Assembly (NCBI GenBank): GCA_951406725.2
Contig: OX597822.1
Span: 12,028,001-12,092,000 of the forward strand
DNA length: 64,000 nucleotides
DNA from: Octopus vulgaris
Taxonomy: Eukaryota
Direction: 5' to 3'
Under the pieces are notes generated by a model that did no database searches, was not told the origin of the DNA, and saw only the letters and a program-made list of their open reading frames with translations. The position numbers and the translations under genes were made by a program. Shown here one piece after another: positions 12,760-26,927 of this stretch. How positions within the stretch are numbered: the first letter of the stretch is position 1; every line of letters starts with the position of its first letter.

Positions 12760-13937
12760 TCTACCTATCTACCTATCTATCTATCTATTTATCTGTTTGT
12801 GTGTGTGTGTGTGTGCATATGTGTGTGTTCGTATGTATGTATTAAATTTTTAATTATAAACATCTGCAATAATATAAGGATTATCGATGTCACACGCTTA
12901 CTCTATGTGTTTAGTTTATTCTCTCATAAGCTGCGGGCGAGCGTAGTAGTTTTTCCTTATTAGCGCTGTAGCTAGTTCAAAATTCAAATTCGTTTTACTT
13001 CGTTGTGCATCACTGCTGCACATCATCAGATTGACATTACACTATTTGCATATATGCACCAGACAAGCGATTGCAGTTCGTTCCGAGGTGACTCGCATAC
13101 ACGTTGCAAAAACAAGGAAATATCGACAGCCAACGTTCTCGATCAGCGACGGCGAGAGTTGTTTCGCCTGATTTGAGATATCCACTGTCTTTTCACATTC
13201 GACGTCTTAAAGAAACTTTTCCCTGTAACGCAACTTCGCAGCTAATGAGTGCATAAATAAAAGCATACACAGTATGTGAGATCGATAATCTATGAATGCA
13301 CCAACAAATATCTGGCTGTGTTTCTCACAAATACAGATTCTGATGATAGCATTGATATCTGAAACTGCAGAACATGCCCTACCGTTTTTATTGCAAGTTG
13401 CCTCCTGCCTTTTATACAAACGCGGTCAAAACAACGAAAAAGATAGCCATCCATAAACAATGAATGAGGTGGAGAAAGTAGAGGATTTCTCACATTTGGG
13501 TTCGTGGGTTGATGCAAGCTTAGAAGCTCGAGCTTACGAGAACATTAAAATTCACATTTTGTAATGGTCTAATTATTTAGAACGTACACAACAATTCTGA
13601 AAGCAGCACTTCAAATGACAATCAAAACAAACCAGGCTTTTATGAATATCCTCCGAGAGTTAATTCCACAACAAAGCAGAGAAGAATGTGTTACAAGCTG
13701 ATGCGGGAAACAACGCACAGAAAGCAACGTAGGGGGTCGTTCTGCCAGGGCATTTATTGGTCAAGTGTCTACTGAAGAGCGTCCAGGAACAATAATACAG
13801 GAGAGGGAATTCTAAAGGTAAGTGATCGATGGTGTTCGCTTGTGGACATATACATATATACATGCATAAATCCATCCATGTGCACATAAAAACACACACA
13901 CGCACACATACACTTACATATATATATATATACGGAT

Positions 13938-13970
<33 letters not shown>

Positions 13971-14029
13971 TGTATACACTTATATATATATATATTTGCA
14001 TATATATGCATATGTGTGTGTTTGTGCCT

Positions 14030-14252
14030 GTGTTTATCAATGGCACCACTACCACCACTTAATATTCGGTGTTGGTGTGTTTACGTCCCCGTAACTTAGT
14101 TGTTCGGCAAAAGAGACTGACAGAATGAATGCCAAGTATATAAAAAGTATACATTTATTAGGCTCGATTTGTTCAACTAGAATTCTTCACGACAGTGCGG
14201 CAGTATGGCCCCAGTTTAATGTCTGATACATGTAAAAAATAAAATATAAAAG
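14030..14252 (+). mobile_element. SINE family A, 3' half
   Basis: ggtgtgtttacgtccccgtaacttag..ttcggcaaaagagac. Confidence 0.8.
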
Positions 14253-14856
14253 ACATATATATATATATATATATGTGTATATAAATATAAAACACCACCA
14301 CCACCACCTCATCATCATATTAACCGTCTCTTTCACCATCAATCAATCACATATAGATTTCAGAACGGGTTTTCCTTGTATCACTTTCACTTTCAGTCAT
14401 AATAGGGGGAAAAAAAACTGAGCTCCGAACGAATTAATGTTACTGGTCTGAACTCAATATCATGTTATATAGAGCTAATTTTAGGAGTTAATTTCGCTTT
14501 ATAGAGTTACAGATAACGATATAAAGATTAAGGTTTCGTTTAAGCTTAATATGCCATTGAGCTTTTAGCTGGAAATACAAAAAAAAAAGAAGCAAACGTG
14601 TAACACCAACAACAACAACACCAACATCAACAATATAATCTCAACGATAAATATCATTAGGTGCCCAGAATGATATTGCAAACTAAACCACTGTTTTATT
14701 CCCTTTGAGATTTGGCTTTGTTTTTGCTCTCCATACGATACCTTTATTTATTTTAAGGTGGAGCGGTGGATATCGTATATTAATCAAAGCCTTTGATCTG
14801 AGAAACAACTGTTATTAAAATACTGTTTTATGAATTTTCATTTCAGCAATTGAGCA

Positions 14857-15040
<184 letters not shown>

Positions 15041-15994
15041 AATAAGAAGAATATAGAGGAAAAGGAATAAGAAGGAGAAAGTGTTCTGGCAATGAAATGA
15101 ACGAAATATTTTATTATGTTATATATTATATAATTTGTTCTTTGTTTTTGTTTATTTAATTTTTATTTTTATTTTTATTTTGTTCATTGCTTTTGCTTAA
15201 TACAGTTTGTCTAAACGCTGTGCAAGTAAATTCGCATCGACATTGCTACGATAGAAATCGCTGGCTCATTGAAGCGTGACGGGCAGCTAAACAACATCCG
15301 AAATAAATGACAGACTCAACTGCAATTGGGGAATTTTGTCTTAATTTAAAACGAGTGATTATTTATGACAAAACGGATGGCTGTTTCTGCCGAGGGAGGA
15401 GGAAACCGCTTTTTCTAATATAACCTCAGACAAACAGAATAAATGGTTGCTGCGCTTTGAAGTAGTCGATCATGCAGGTGATAGAGGCTACGATGATGTC
15501 ATATGCTGGCTGTTGAGAGCGGTGAAGCTACACAAAATGGCGGTGGGAGAAACTATAGGATAAAAGATGAGTGGTGCATATTAGGAACAATATATCGTAG
15601 AATACAAAGATGCTCATTTAATCAGGAATTTGTTTTAAGCTAGTTTAATTAATGTTAGTAAGTCCAACACTTGCTAACATAAAGTTTGATAATTCGTGAA
15701 TTCTCAGTTTAGTGTAGCGTAGGAAATACGGAAGGCCGGTTATGTGTTGAACCGATGGCACACATTGCCGCTGGGAGATGGGGGCACACACTCATTATAT
15801 CTGAGAGGGTATCTTTGCCTTCAAATTTATACTTCCACAAACATATCTACGAAAATTAATCTCTCAGGGATCTCTCTCTCCCTCCCCTCTCTCTCTATCT
15901 ATCTATCTATCCATCCATCCATCCATCTATCTATCTATCTACCTATATCTATCTATATGTAAGTGTGGTATGTAGGTATGTAGATACACTTAGA

Positions 15995-16232
15995 CATACA
16001 TACATGCATACATACATACATACATACATACATACATACATGCATACATACATACATACATACACACATACATACATGCATACATACATACACACATAAA
16101 TACATGCATACATACATACATACATACATACATGCATACATACATACATACATGCATACATACATACATGCATACATACATGCATACATGCATACATACA
16201 TGCATACATACATGCATACATACATACATACA

Positions 16233-16266
<34 letters not shown>

Positions 16267-16318
16267 CATATATACATACATACATACATACATACATACA
16301 TACATACATACATACATG
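15995..16318. repeat. (CATA)n/(CATG) microsatellite
   Basis: Directly visible. Confidence 0.97.
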
Positions 16319-16385
16319 CATGCATTGCAGAAGAAATATACAATGATATTCGGAAATAAAAAAGGACTCCCCTGGAATAAATATA

Positions 16386-16620
16386 TATTTCTTTACTACC
16401 CAAAAGGGGCTAAACACAGAGGGGACAAACAAGGACAGACAAAGGGATTAAGTCGATTACATCGACCCCAGTGCGTAACTGGTACTTAATTTATCGACCC
16501 CGAAAGGATGAAAGGGAAAGTCGACCTCGGCGGAATTTGAACTCGGAACGTAACGACAGACGAAATACGGCTACGCAGGTCGCCCGGCGTGCTAACGTTT
16601 CTGCCAGCTCGCCGCCTTTT
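16386..16620 (-). mobile_element. tRNA-derived SINE family B, long-tail subtype, full length with TSD
   Basis: Minus strand ggcggcgagctggcagaaacgttagc..gagttcaaattccgccgaggtcgac..ggggtcgatgtaatcgac..gtaaagaaat; 10-bp direct repeat aataaatata at 16376-16385 and 16621-16630. Confidence 0.9.
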
Positions 16621-17518
16621 AATAAATATAGAGACTCCTCCTGTTGTCAAATACGTACAAAGACTCGACCACAGGAAATAATGGTAGAATATTCCCATCA
16701 AAACATCTGCGAAGTGTAAACATAACAGAGGCCGATTATTAAGAAGAAGTATGTCGCACATTAATAAAAATATGCCGAACTTTTCTCACGTTTAAAATGT
16801 CACATCGCTTTTGTTACCTGAATTCCAACAGTGGAGTGTTGTATCTTTGTTTAGAAACTAAAGCGAACATGCATACATGTGTGTACGAAACATGTACTGT
16901 AATTTTCAAAATAAGTTATTATCATAAAACACGAATTCTACCATATCAGAATATTTGAACAATACTGGGATTCTACACCAAAACTAGAGTCAACTTTATT
17001 GTGAAGATCAATGTGTATGGGACTTGAGGCTTTACCATTCGAATTGTTAAAGCCGCGAAGAGAGCTCCACCTGAAACTGTAAAGGAAAGAGAGCCTCATC
17101 AAGAGAATTCGTCTTTCATGTTGGGTTTTACAATTTCTTAAAAGCCACAGAGAAATGAATTTATATTTTATTCAAAATAGTAACCGAAATATTTGGCTAA
17201 AAGGAAAGGAGCTAATTTAGAATAGCGTTCTGAAAACGACTAAGTAAAAAGAATGGTTGGCGAGAAATTGGAGAGATAGAATGAGAGAACGATGTTTAAT
17301 TGAAATTGCTCATAATATGTTCAGAATAAAAATAATAGCTAAGTGCAGTTCAAGGTAGCTTTTAAATAGAATAATTTGACAAAGATTTTATTCCCGAAAG
17401 ATACAATCGTGTGAAACTCATTTGTAAGATATTTTATTTTATCTCACTCTCTCTTCTCTCTCTTTCTACACCCCATCACACACACACAGAGACACACAGA
17501 CACGCGCGCGCGCGTACA

Positions 17519-17673
17519 TGATGGACTTTTAGTTTCCGTCTACGAAATCCACTCACAAGTCTTTGGTTGACGCGAGGTAGAAGACAGCTGTGTAAGGTTC
17601 CACGCAGTGGTACTGAACCCAGAACCATTTGGTTTGGAGGTAAACATTTTTAATATGCAGCCACGCCTACGCC
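17519..17673 (-). mobile_element. SINE family A, 5' half
   Basis: agtttccgtctacgaaatccactcacaag..actgaaccc..gcagccacgcctacgcct. Confidence 0.8.
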
Positions 17674-18470
17674 TATAAATATTGTTTAGTCAGGTCGATC
17701 AATTCGCCTGTTACTAAGGAGTTTTCTCCCATATGTAGTCGGTTCCTCAGACAGATTAATAGATAAAGGGCATCGAGTTGTGACGACAGATATGTAGGTA
17801 CATACGATTGGCTGAACTCAGAATAAAAATAAGGTAAGGAAGATGGGAGAAAATGCTTGTAAATGCATACATAAGCACGCGCAGAGAAACATACATAAGA
17901 ACATAGAAACTCGGCGATGACCCAAAGGAGGGAAGTAAAAGAAAAAAAATATTGATAAATGGATGAACTTGTAGATGGTGAAGTATGTCTGCGTGAATGC
18001 ATGTGTGAGGGGAGAGAGAGAGAGAGAGTGCGATAGAAAAGAAGTCTGTGTGGACAGTATAATCGCTTGAATGAAGAAAATAAAAAAAAGTTTCAACAAC
18101 AAAGAAGAGAAGAAAGAGAAAATATATTGTAAAAAAAGAAGAAAACGAAGCACGCTCTCATATACATAAAGATAAGAAGCTGCTAGTCATTCCGTCATCG
18201 TCGGGGAGCTATAAAAGGGGGAATGGAGACGGGGGTAGAGTTTTCTTGAATATCAAAAATTACCTCAAAAATTAGAAACGCAGAATGGAGTACAGCAAGC
18301 ATATAATATAGAATATATTAAAATATGCAGTCTTTGGGGGACAAATTTATTCAAAATTATTCTTTGATTATACAATCCCAAATCGTCGCGTTTTTTAAAG
18401 TTGCATTCTCTTGAATCAACATGCTTTTTTATAGTATTCCATTGCAAATCGATAATAATTCTCTCTATTT

Positions 18471-18493
18471 TATTATTATTATTATTATTATTA

Positions 18494-18552
<59 letters not shown>

Positions 18553-18572
18553 GTTATTATTATTATTATTAT
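18471..18572. repeat. (ATT)n microsatellite
   Basis: Directly visible. Confidence 0.97.
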
Positions 18573-19639
18573 TTTCTGGCATTTTTTATCAAGAATTTTC
18601 TATTTACATTTCTAGGAAGTAAAGAAAAATGAAAAAGATAAAGGCAATATATGTTTGGCCCGTATATGTGTATAATCCATCGTCGGATGCCTGCTGAGAC
18701 TCGTACAAGTGACACTGATGGACGACATCTTCCGATGCTGCCAATTTTCCTCTGGGCAACCAAATTCATACGCTGCTTTGTTTACTACAGCAGGGATTTC
18801 TTCCAATGACATTGATCGAGTATTGGTTATTGGTTATAGGTTCAGATCTAACATTTTTAGTGGTCTATACAGTGATGCCTTAGCTAGCGAGTTGGCAGGA
18901 TACGTTGTGAGTTCAAATTCCGCCCGAAGTCAACTTTGCCTTTCATCTGTTCGTGGTCAATAAGAAGCCAAACACCTAGGCTCGATGTCTTCGGCTTGTC
19001 TCCTTTCCTCAAAAAATTATGGCTTTGAATACAGCAACGGACAGGTATTCCATTCTGGAGAATGTTGTGATCTTGGACACTTATACACCATAGAAATTAT
19101 AAAACACGTGACCCAAGCATATTAAGAAAGCACTATTCAACCAACGATTCACGACAGGATTACACCAGCTATTGAAATGTAACTTTTTTTGTGCCTTTTC
19201 TATAATTATTTCCGTGGTCATTGCTCAAATACACTTTCTTCTGGTCCCCTCTGTCAGGTTCTTTAAACGAGTCACTTGCTTCTCTTCCCAGATGTAACTT
19301 TTCTGAGTTGAGTCTTTTGTTAGTCGTAAGTACTTTTTATCCTAATATCTTATTTTCTCATTCTACTGCTCTCTGAAACTTACTGTCATCGTCTTGTTCC
19401 CCTGGGTTCTGTCAATCAACATCTTTTTCTATTTGCAAATCCCTTTATTTCTTTCCCTGTACTCCCTTATCGCAGAGTGTCCTCAATTCATTTTAGGGAC
19501 AAAATCAGATAAAAATTAAACTATGCGCTGCATTGATATATCAATCCTCTTAGAAGCTAAGGATCTTGTCGAGATATAGTTAGTCCAGTATAAAGGCATA
19601 AAAATATTAACCGTTGCATTCAGTTGAATAGATTTAATA

Positions 19640-20235
19640 GAATGCTGGCGAATCCAAGCGTTGGTCTTCTTGTCCCGCGATGTGATATCTCATTCCATTT
19701 TCCACTGAGCTACAGTAAGGGCGTTCGTGTTGGTAGTTCTCAGAGCCCATGCTTCGCTGCCATAAATTCATTACTGGCAGAATGTTGATGATCTTTTGTT
19801 TAATTTTTGTGGATGCCGTGGGGCTTCTCATGAGGTTTTCCACCTTCCCAAAGGCTACCCAACCAAGGGCTATTCTCTCGATTTCCGGTAGGCGATATCC
19901 GTCTTTCGTCATCATCTTTCTCAGGTAAACATATCTGTTTACCTCGTCTATGTCACTTACAATGGCGGGCGCTGGCATAACGTGCGCCTTGGACAGGATG
20001 CATCATAAAAATTAAACATTTAAGAATAACTATAGATGGGATGGTCACATCTCGTGACTGAAGGACAACAAATGGAGGGTCAGTGGGATGGAATGGATTA
20101 CAAGATAATGGACAAAATCCAGAGACCCATCAACGATGGGATATCTGAGGCCTACATGTCCACGCCCGGCCAGATACAAACAGTAGTGGAAGGAGTCCAA
20201 GAAGGGATTCCTTCTTCGGGAATGATAGAACCATA
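19640..20235. mobile_element. RTE-clade LINE 3' fragment with an inverted 5' segment
   Basis: Minus 19980->19640: EVNRYVYL..EIERIALGWVAFGK..ILPVM..GSEAWAL..ITLRDKKTNAWIRQ. The continuation is on the plus strand, 20005->20235: RWDGHIS*LKDNKW..MEWITR..WKESKKGFLLRE*. Confidence 0.78.
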
Positions 20236-20600
20236 TCTAAATATAAAGAAATGATTGCTATAAATGATCGTTGGTGTAATTTCAGTATTTATTTCTTGTG
20301 TCTTTTCTGTTGCCATTGCAAACTGAACGTGGTTAATTTTAATGCACGTAATTGTTTTCACATATATTTACAAGATACCGATTCCCGAATATCGATTTTC
20401 TAAAGCGATCATTAATAAACATAAACTAGAAAATATAATAAACATCACTAATTCTAACATATTTCTTGAGGAATTAGTCGCCGATAAGCTTGAAAATTTC
20501 AGAGAAATTTATTTGATAAAATGCAAAGAAATACACTTATCTCATGCAAATAGGAAAGCTGTCTGAAGGAGTTTGTTTCTAAAATTGGGCCGAGTTTTTC

Positions 20601-20813
20601 AAGGCGGTGAGGTGGTGGAATCGTTAGCACGCTGGACGAAATGCTTAGCGGCATTTCACCCGTCTTTACGTTCTCAGTTCAAATTCCGCAGTAGTCGACT
20701 TTGCTTTTCCTCATATGGGAATCGATAAAATAAGTACCAGTTGAACACTGGGTCGATGTAATCGAGTAGCCTCTAACCCGAAATTGCTGACTTTGTGCCA
20801 AAACCTGAAACCA
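20601..20813 (+). mobile_element. SINE family B, short-tail subtype
   Basis: ggcggtgag..gttagcacgc..agttcaaattccgc..gataaaataagtaccagttg..gtcgatgtaatcga..ttgtgccaaaa. Confidence 0.88.
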
Positions 20814-21141
20814 AAATCAGGCAGAACTTTGTATCTCACATCACTGTGCTCAGCTTCAGTATATGATTCCGAAACAACAGCACTATTTGAACTGCAGTTT
20901 CAGGCGATTCAGTATTATTTGAGCGGTATTGATATATGTGGTGACCCGCCACTTGCTTGGCAAAATGATTGCATGTGTAGACTGGAGAGGAAATGTCAAG
21001 TTTCGTTTGGATTTCAAAATCATAGGCATTACTGCTCGGTAACGCTGCAGAAGACGAGACTATTGGTCATAAAACGGAGAATTTGTCATGATCTTTAGTT
21101 GGAGGAACGGAATGTTCACTTGTGCCCGTTGTTTATAGACT

Positions 21142-21177
<36 letters not shown>

Positions 21178-21178
<1 letters not shown>

Positions 21179-21502
21179 TGGTACTCCGTCGGTTACGACG
21201 ATAAGGCTTCCAGTTGAGCCGATCAAAGGAATAGCCTGCTTGTGATATTAACGAGCAAGTGGCTGAACACCCTACAGACACGCGTACCCTTAACATAGCA
21301 ATCAGGGAGATTCAACGTGACACAGATCGTGACAAGGCCGGCCCCTTTTGAACTCCAGGTACAACTCCTTCTTGCCAGCAGAGTGGACTGGAGCAGCGGG
21401 AAATAAAGTGTCTTGCTCAAGGACACACAGCGCTGCCGGGGATCGAACCCACGACCTTACGACCGTGAGCCGAATAAGCTAACCACTGGCTCACACGCCT
21501 TC
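21178..21502 (-). mobile_element. tRNA-derived SINE family C
   Basis: Minus strand: A box (cagtggttagc), B box ggttcgatccc, core ccttgagcaagacactt, tail ..cgtcgtaaccgacggag; second copy at 57281-57653. Confidence 0.88.
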
Positions 21503-22299
21503 GCTATATACACACATGTAGTTACTCATATGTGGGTTTGCTTGTTTTAGCTGTATCAACATGAAAGTTTCTAATAAAGCGGTTATTTGTATGAGAAACC
21601 TTCTGCATGTAATCATTTGATTGGACGATATTTTTCGAAATGATCAATGCTTCTATCGAGAAGAATCAACGGCAGCAAAACCATTATCACGTGGTCATCC
21701 AAGCAGTCCAAAGTAACAGCTACATCTCTCTCACTCTCTCTCTCTCTTTCTCTGTCTGGCTCTTTCTCGCTCTCTCTCTCACACACACACAAACACACCC
21801 TCTTCTGGAACTATATTCTATACACGCAATAAGGACTACAGGCTGCATGCATTCAATCTCTGGTTATTGGATTGTGGTCTACATAATGAATTTCTTGCAA
21901 GAACATATGTAACTGAAATATTTCCATATTTTCACAGTTTAACTCTTTCACACAGCTGACTGAATATATTTCCAACTGCGATAAGAGTAAGTAAGTGATT
22001 CACAGGAATGAGTAAGCTACTTTATAAAACAATCTCAAGTGAACGGATAGCAACTTTACCCATTCACAAAATGGCGAACGTATACTACACTTTGAAATTG
22101 TGTGGTAGCAACTATGACAACGGAAAGGATGCACATACATTCGTCATAAATACATGCATACTCACAAGCACACATACAGACAGACAGACAGACAGACAGA
22201 AAAACAGGTGTATATTTATATATCCTTAAATCCTTAAAAATGTTTCAGCCCGAAGGCCGCGGCCATACTGGGGCACCACCACTGAACAAATTGACAGAT

Positions 22300-22356
22300 T
22301 GCATCGGCTGCGGCTGGGAAACGAACCCGGGCCGCCCGCGTGGCAGGCGAGCATTC
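22300..22356 (-). pseudogene. tRNA-Gly(GCC) fragment lacking its first ~20 nt
   Basis: Minus strand GAATGCTCGCCT-GCC-ACGCGGGCGGCCCGGGTTCGtTTCCCaGCCG(cagccg)ATGCA matches metazoan tRNA-Gly-GCC as I recall it; anticodon at 22344-22342. Confidence 0.85.
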
Positions 22357-22498
22357 AGTCTTTTGGCTGTGGCCATGCTGGAGCACCACCTTTAATCGGA
22401 CAAATCAACCTCAGAAATTATTTTTTGTAAGCCTAGTTAGGTTACGGGAACGTAAATACACCAACATCAATTGTCAGGCGATGGTGATAGGGAGACAA

Positions 22499-22543
<45 letters not shown>

Positions 22544-22689
22544 CGACAGACTTCTTTCAGTTTCTGTCTACCAAATCCACTCAAAAGCTTTGGTCGGCCC
22601 GAGGCTATAGTAGAAGACAGCAGTGGGACTGAACCCAGAACAATGTGGTTATTAAGCAACCTACTTACCATACAGCCTCTCCTGCGCCT
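22357..22689 (-). mobile_element. SINE family A (internally deleted)
   Basis: Same head and tail motifs as the other family A copies. Confidence 0.85.
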
Positions 22690-22705
22690 ATGTAAATGTA
22701 TGTAT

Positions 22706-23076
22706 ACTCTTTTACTCTTTTACTCTTTTACTTGTTTCAGTCATTTGACTGCGGCCATGCTGGAGCACCACCTTTAGTACTTATTCTATCGGTCTCTTTT
22801 TGCCGAACCGCTAAGTGACGGGGACCTAAACACACCAGCATCGGTGGTCAAACAATGCTAGGGGGACAAACACAGACACACACACACACACATATATATA
22901 TATACATATATACGACAGGCTTCTTTCAGTTTCCGTCTACCAAATCCACTCACAAGGCATTGGTCGGCCCGGGGCTATAGCAGAAGACACTTGCCCAAGA
23001 TGCCACGCAGTGGGACTGAACCCGCAACCGTGTGGTTGGTTAGCAAGCTACTTACCACACAGCCACTCCTGCGCCT
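22706..23076 (-). mobile_element. SINE family A, near full-length, low divergence
   Basis: Head aggcgcaggagtggctgtgtggtaagtagcttgc..ggttcagtccc; tail ends in (taaaagag)n. Confidence 0.93.
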
Positions 23077-23401
23077 GAGTATGTATATATATAATTAAAA
23101 TTCCGTTCAGTTAGGTGCTAAAATTGAGGCACCTTGCTAAGTCGGTATAAACAGCACACCCAAACAATATTAAATCAATGACGAATATCAAGACTCCGTG
23201 CCGGAGTGTTTGTACCTGATATTCCTGGAGTGTGCGCAGACAACGCAACTCAGCTAAGTGAAGATATCCGTTCTTGGTAATTCACATATGGACTATTTAT
23301 AAAGGTATTTTCTATAGAATTTCCAAAGTGCAGATTCCAACTAAGGTGAATATAAATGAATTACAAATATTTTGTTATTAATTTATACATACATACATAT
23401 G

Positions 23402-23479
<78 letters not shown>

Positions 23480-23514
23480 TATATGCATTATATATGTGTG
23501 TGTGTGTGTGTATC

Positions 23515-23688
23515 AGGCTTCTGCACAGTCTCAGTCTCGCAAATTCCCTTAGAGGACCGATGGGGGCTGTGTGTAAATTTGGCTGAAGAGACTATAATAT
23601 AGAAGACAGTTGCCCAAGGTGCCGCCCAGTGGACTGAGCCCCCCCCCCCATGTGGTTGCTAAGCGAAGTTCTTACAGACGCAGCCATG
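23515..23688 (-). mobile_element. SINE family A, degraded 5' half
   Basis: tagaagacagttgcccaaggtgcc..ggactgagccc. Confidence 0.7.
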
Positions 23689-24881
23689 TATCAATATATG
23701 TTGCGGGAAAATATCAAACAAATGGAAAGCAAAATAAATATACTTTTATATATCCTTTAATTAAATATATAATATAAGGAAGCAGGGAGGAAGAAATATA
23801 TATATACAACACACTATTATTACTATTACACGAGAATCAAAGTTCTATATCAAAGGCTCACGGTGAACTGCTACCAATACGAACTGCCAATCACTCATAG
23901 TTCTTTAATATATAACAATGAGTCTATCTTTTGTCAGAATACTTCCACAACATACATATATACAGCAATAAGCCAACCAAGCCGGATTATGTTAGTGGAA
24001 TGAAATGCATTTTATCACAGTCTACGGATTTAGCGGATTAAGTCTACTTCCAAAGTAAAATGACCCTACTGACGTTCTGACGAACTGCGACAATTTTCTC
24101 CTAATCCAATTTGGCCGCGCAATGCTTATTTCTTGTTCATCCGGGGACATAGTGTAATGTTTAGCCAAAGTGCCGTGCTGTAGGATTGATCTCGAAATGA
24201 CTTTCTTTACCATACAACCACGCCTTTTGTGTGTGTGGTGGGGGTGCGTGATACTGATGTTTATCTCACGTTGATAAGTGATAAATACATTTGTTACAAC
24301 AATGACGAGTCCTTACAAAATACAAGATGCTACAAATGTGACGGAAGAGATATTACGATAATGCTTATCAACTGATCAGAATAGAAAATAACAACAACCT
24401 TACACACGCACAAACAAATACACGTACATGCACACACACACACATAGACGCGCAGACACACATACATACACACGCGCACACACACACACACACGCATGTA
24501 CACATACACACACATACACACACATATATATACATATATAGATATGTAGATACACACTTGCACCCACACACTCATATATATATACATACATATATACTTG
24601 TATGTATATATATATACCTATATGCATGTATACATACATGCACACACATACTAATACAAACATACGCCCACACATATGTATATATAAACATTTAAAATAC
24701 GAAGGATTAGGAAGAGAAGACGAAGAAGAAATGATGATGATGAGGAGGAGGAGGAGGAAGTGAAGGAGCCGGAAGATGATGAGGATGGCGATGGTGTGGG
24801 CGTTGACGATGATGATGATGAGACGACGACGATGATGCTATGTTTGGAAAGGATAAAAATAGGATACTACTTTATAACACT

Positions 24882-24929
<48 letters not shown>

Positions 24930-26029
24930 GCACACACACACACACACTCGAGCTGCACAAGCACACAAACAACAATCATCCCTATACACACACCGCTTTC
25001 AATATTTGAACCTTGCAAGCAAATCCGTAAGGATATTGAGGTGTCGAGGTCAAATATTAAACCTTTGTGTCGTAGTAACGTATAGAGAATCCCTAATGAA
25101 CTGGACCTTTCGCAAAAGCTTCTCAGAATTTGTTTGAATCTACAGCCAACTTTTATAATGTTTGACACTGACAGACTGTTCAGCAGAAAGAAAGATTTCA
25201 GACAAATGTTATTCAGAGCCATTTCTATCACACTTTCTTCTCTCTCACTCTCTTTCTCTCTACCCTTAATTTGTTAGTTTGTCCTGGTTTCTGCTCTCTT
25301 TATCTCTCTTTTCTCTAGTTCTAAATTTCCCTCTAATAATTTTGCCCGCAAAGAAACAGTTATTAATTGGAAAGATTATGAGGTACGCCAGGTACAATAC
25401 GAAAGTCGTTCATTCAAAAGGGAAAGAGCGATAAATAAACGTGGGAGACATGTAAATGGAAGGTCAGTTGTTTCATTACTCTCCACGAGTTATCCTTCCA
25501 AGCTGTACACTCGTGCATGCGCACACAGGTTTTAGAACAAGCGTACAAAGGAATGAATAAAATGCGCAGGTAATATTTCAAGATGAAATCGAAATTTCGA
25601 ATTGAAGAAGATGGAGCGTTCTGCTCACTGTTCGCAAAGATAGAATTTGTGTAGAAGATATCTCGAAAGAAGGATAAATAAACGTATGGTAAATAAACTA
25701 AGAGATGAGTAGCTTGAATATTGTCAACCAGTTTTCTCCTTTAGCTGTGGGTTTGTGCATAAGCACGTATGTTTTACAAGAAGCGCACAAACGGGAAACA
25801 CTGTCCACACACAAATTAATGAAATAAAATTTCTATTCAATGGAACAAATTTTAGAGAAGCGCACATACTTTCTAAGATAAGACAAATTATACACACAGG
25901 TAAAATGGCAAATTTCTAAGGATGACAGACAAAAAATGTTTAAGAAAACATTGCTTTCAGCCCTACAGTTTTGCTGTAGCTGTCGTTGATATTTAGCGAA
26001 AAGCCATCCAAGGGTACGCAGATCTGTGG

Positions 26030-26221
26030 TTATTTCTTTATTGCACACAGGAGGCTAAACATAGTGGGGGGGGGAACAAATAAGGACTATCAAGGGGATT
26101 AAGTCGATTACATCGACCTCAGTGCGTAACTGGTACTTATTTAATCGACCCCGAAAGGATAAAAGGTAATGTCGACCTCGGCGGAATTTGAACTCAGAAC
26201 GTAACGGGCAGACAAAATACC
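26030..26221 (-). mobile_element. SINE family B long-tail subtype, truncated where the family H element begins
   Basis: Matches 16386-16570. Confidence 0.85.
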
Positions 26222-26223
26222 TC

Positions 26224-26527
26224 GGGCATATGGCGTAATGGTTAAGAGCGTGGGCTACTAAACCCAAGATTACAAGTTCGATCCCAGGCAGTGACGCGAA
26301 TAATAGTAATAATAATAATAATGATAATAATAATAATAATAACAACAACAACAACAATATCGAAAAATACATTAGGAATGAGAACCCAGGTTCAAAATTT
26401 CAGGAAGACACCAGATGAAGGCTGATTGTGAAACGTTGTGTTAACAACAAACAAGATGAGGACAAGTATCCGTCAATTGTAAATAATGTAAATAAGGCAC
26501 ATAATTCCTCATCTCTTAAATATAGAA
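26224..26527 (+). mobile_element. Family H: tRNA-like head + (AAT)n + hammerhead-bearing tail
   Basis: A box tggcgtaatgg, B box agttcgatccc, (AAT)n/(AAC)n spacer, degenerate motif gacac-CAGATGA-aggctg..GAAA-cg-TT-gtgtt (26407-26442), tail ..cataattcctcatctcttaaatatagaa. Confidence 0.82.
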
Positions 26528-26714
26528 TAGAATAAGTATGATTCTTCAAAAAAAAGTATAAGGGTCCATTCATTTCACAAAAAAAAAAATTGTTCAAAGG
26601 GGTGCCCCAGCATGACCAAAGTCTGATGACTGAAACAAGTAAAAGATAAAAGCCATATCGACATACATACTTACATGCATACGTTTGTACATACATGCAT
26701 ACATACATGTGTGT

Positions 26715-26823
<109 letters not shown>

Positions 26824-26927
26824 AATATATATGTATACATATATATATATATATATAAAATATGTGACCTCGTGTGTACCGTTGGCGATTTCTCTGTCTT
26901 CCTTCTCTGGATCTTTCCTTCTCCTAT

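Noticed and set aside
13339-13372. CTGATGA..GAAA-ctgcag
   Set aside because: No stem II pairing and no UH cleavage site; probably chance
18640-18830. Possible RTE-X C-terminal remnant or exon
   Set aside because: Similarity too weak to support by eye
26224-26296. Functional tRNA gene (also 53538-53610)
   Set aside because: The acceptor stem does not pair well and the sequence is attached to a repeat tail; treated as a SINE head
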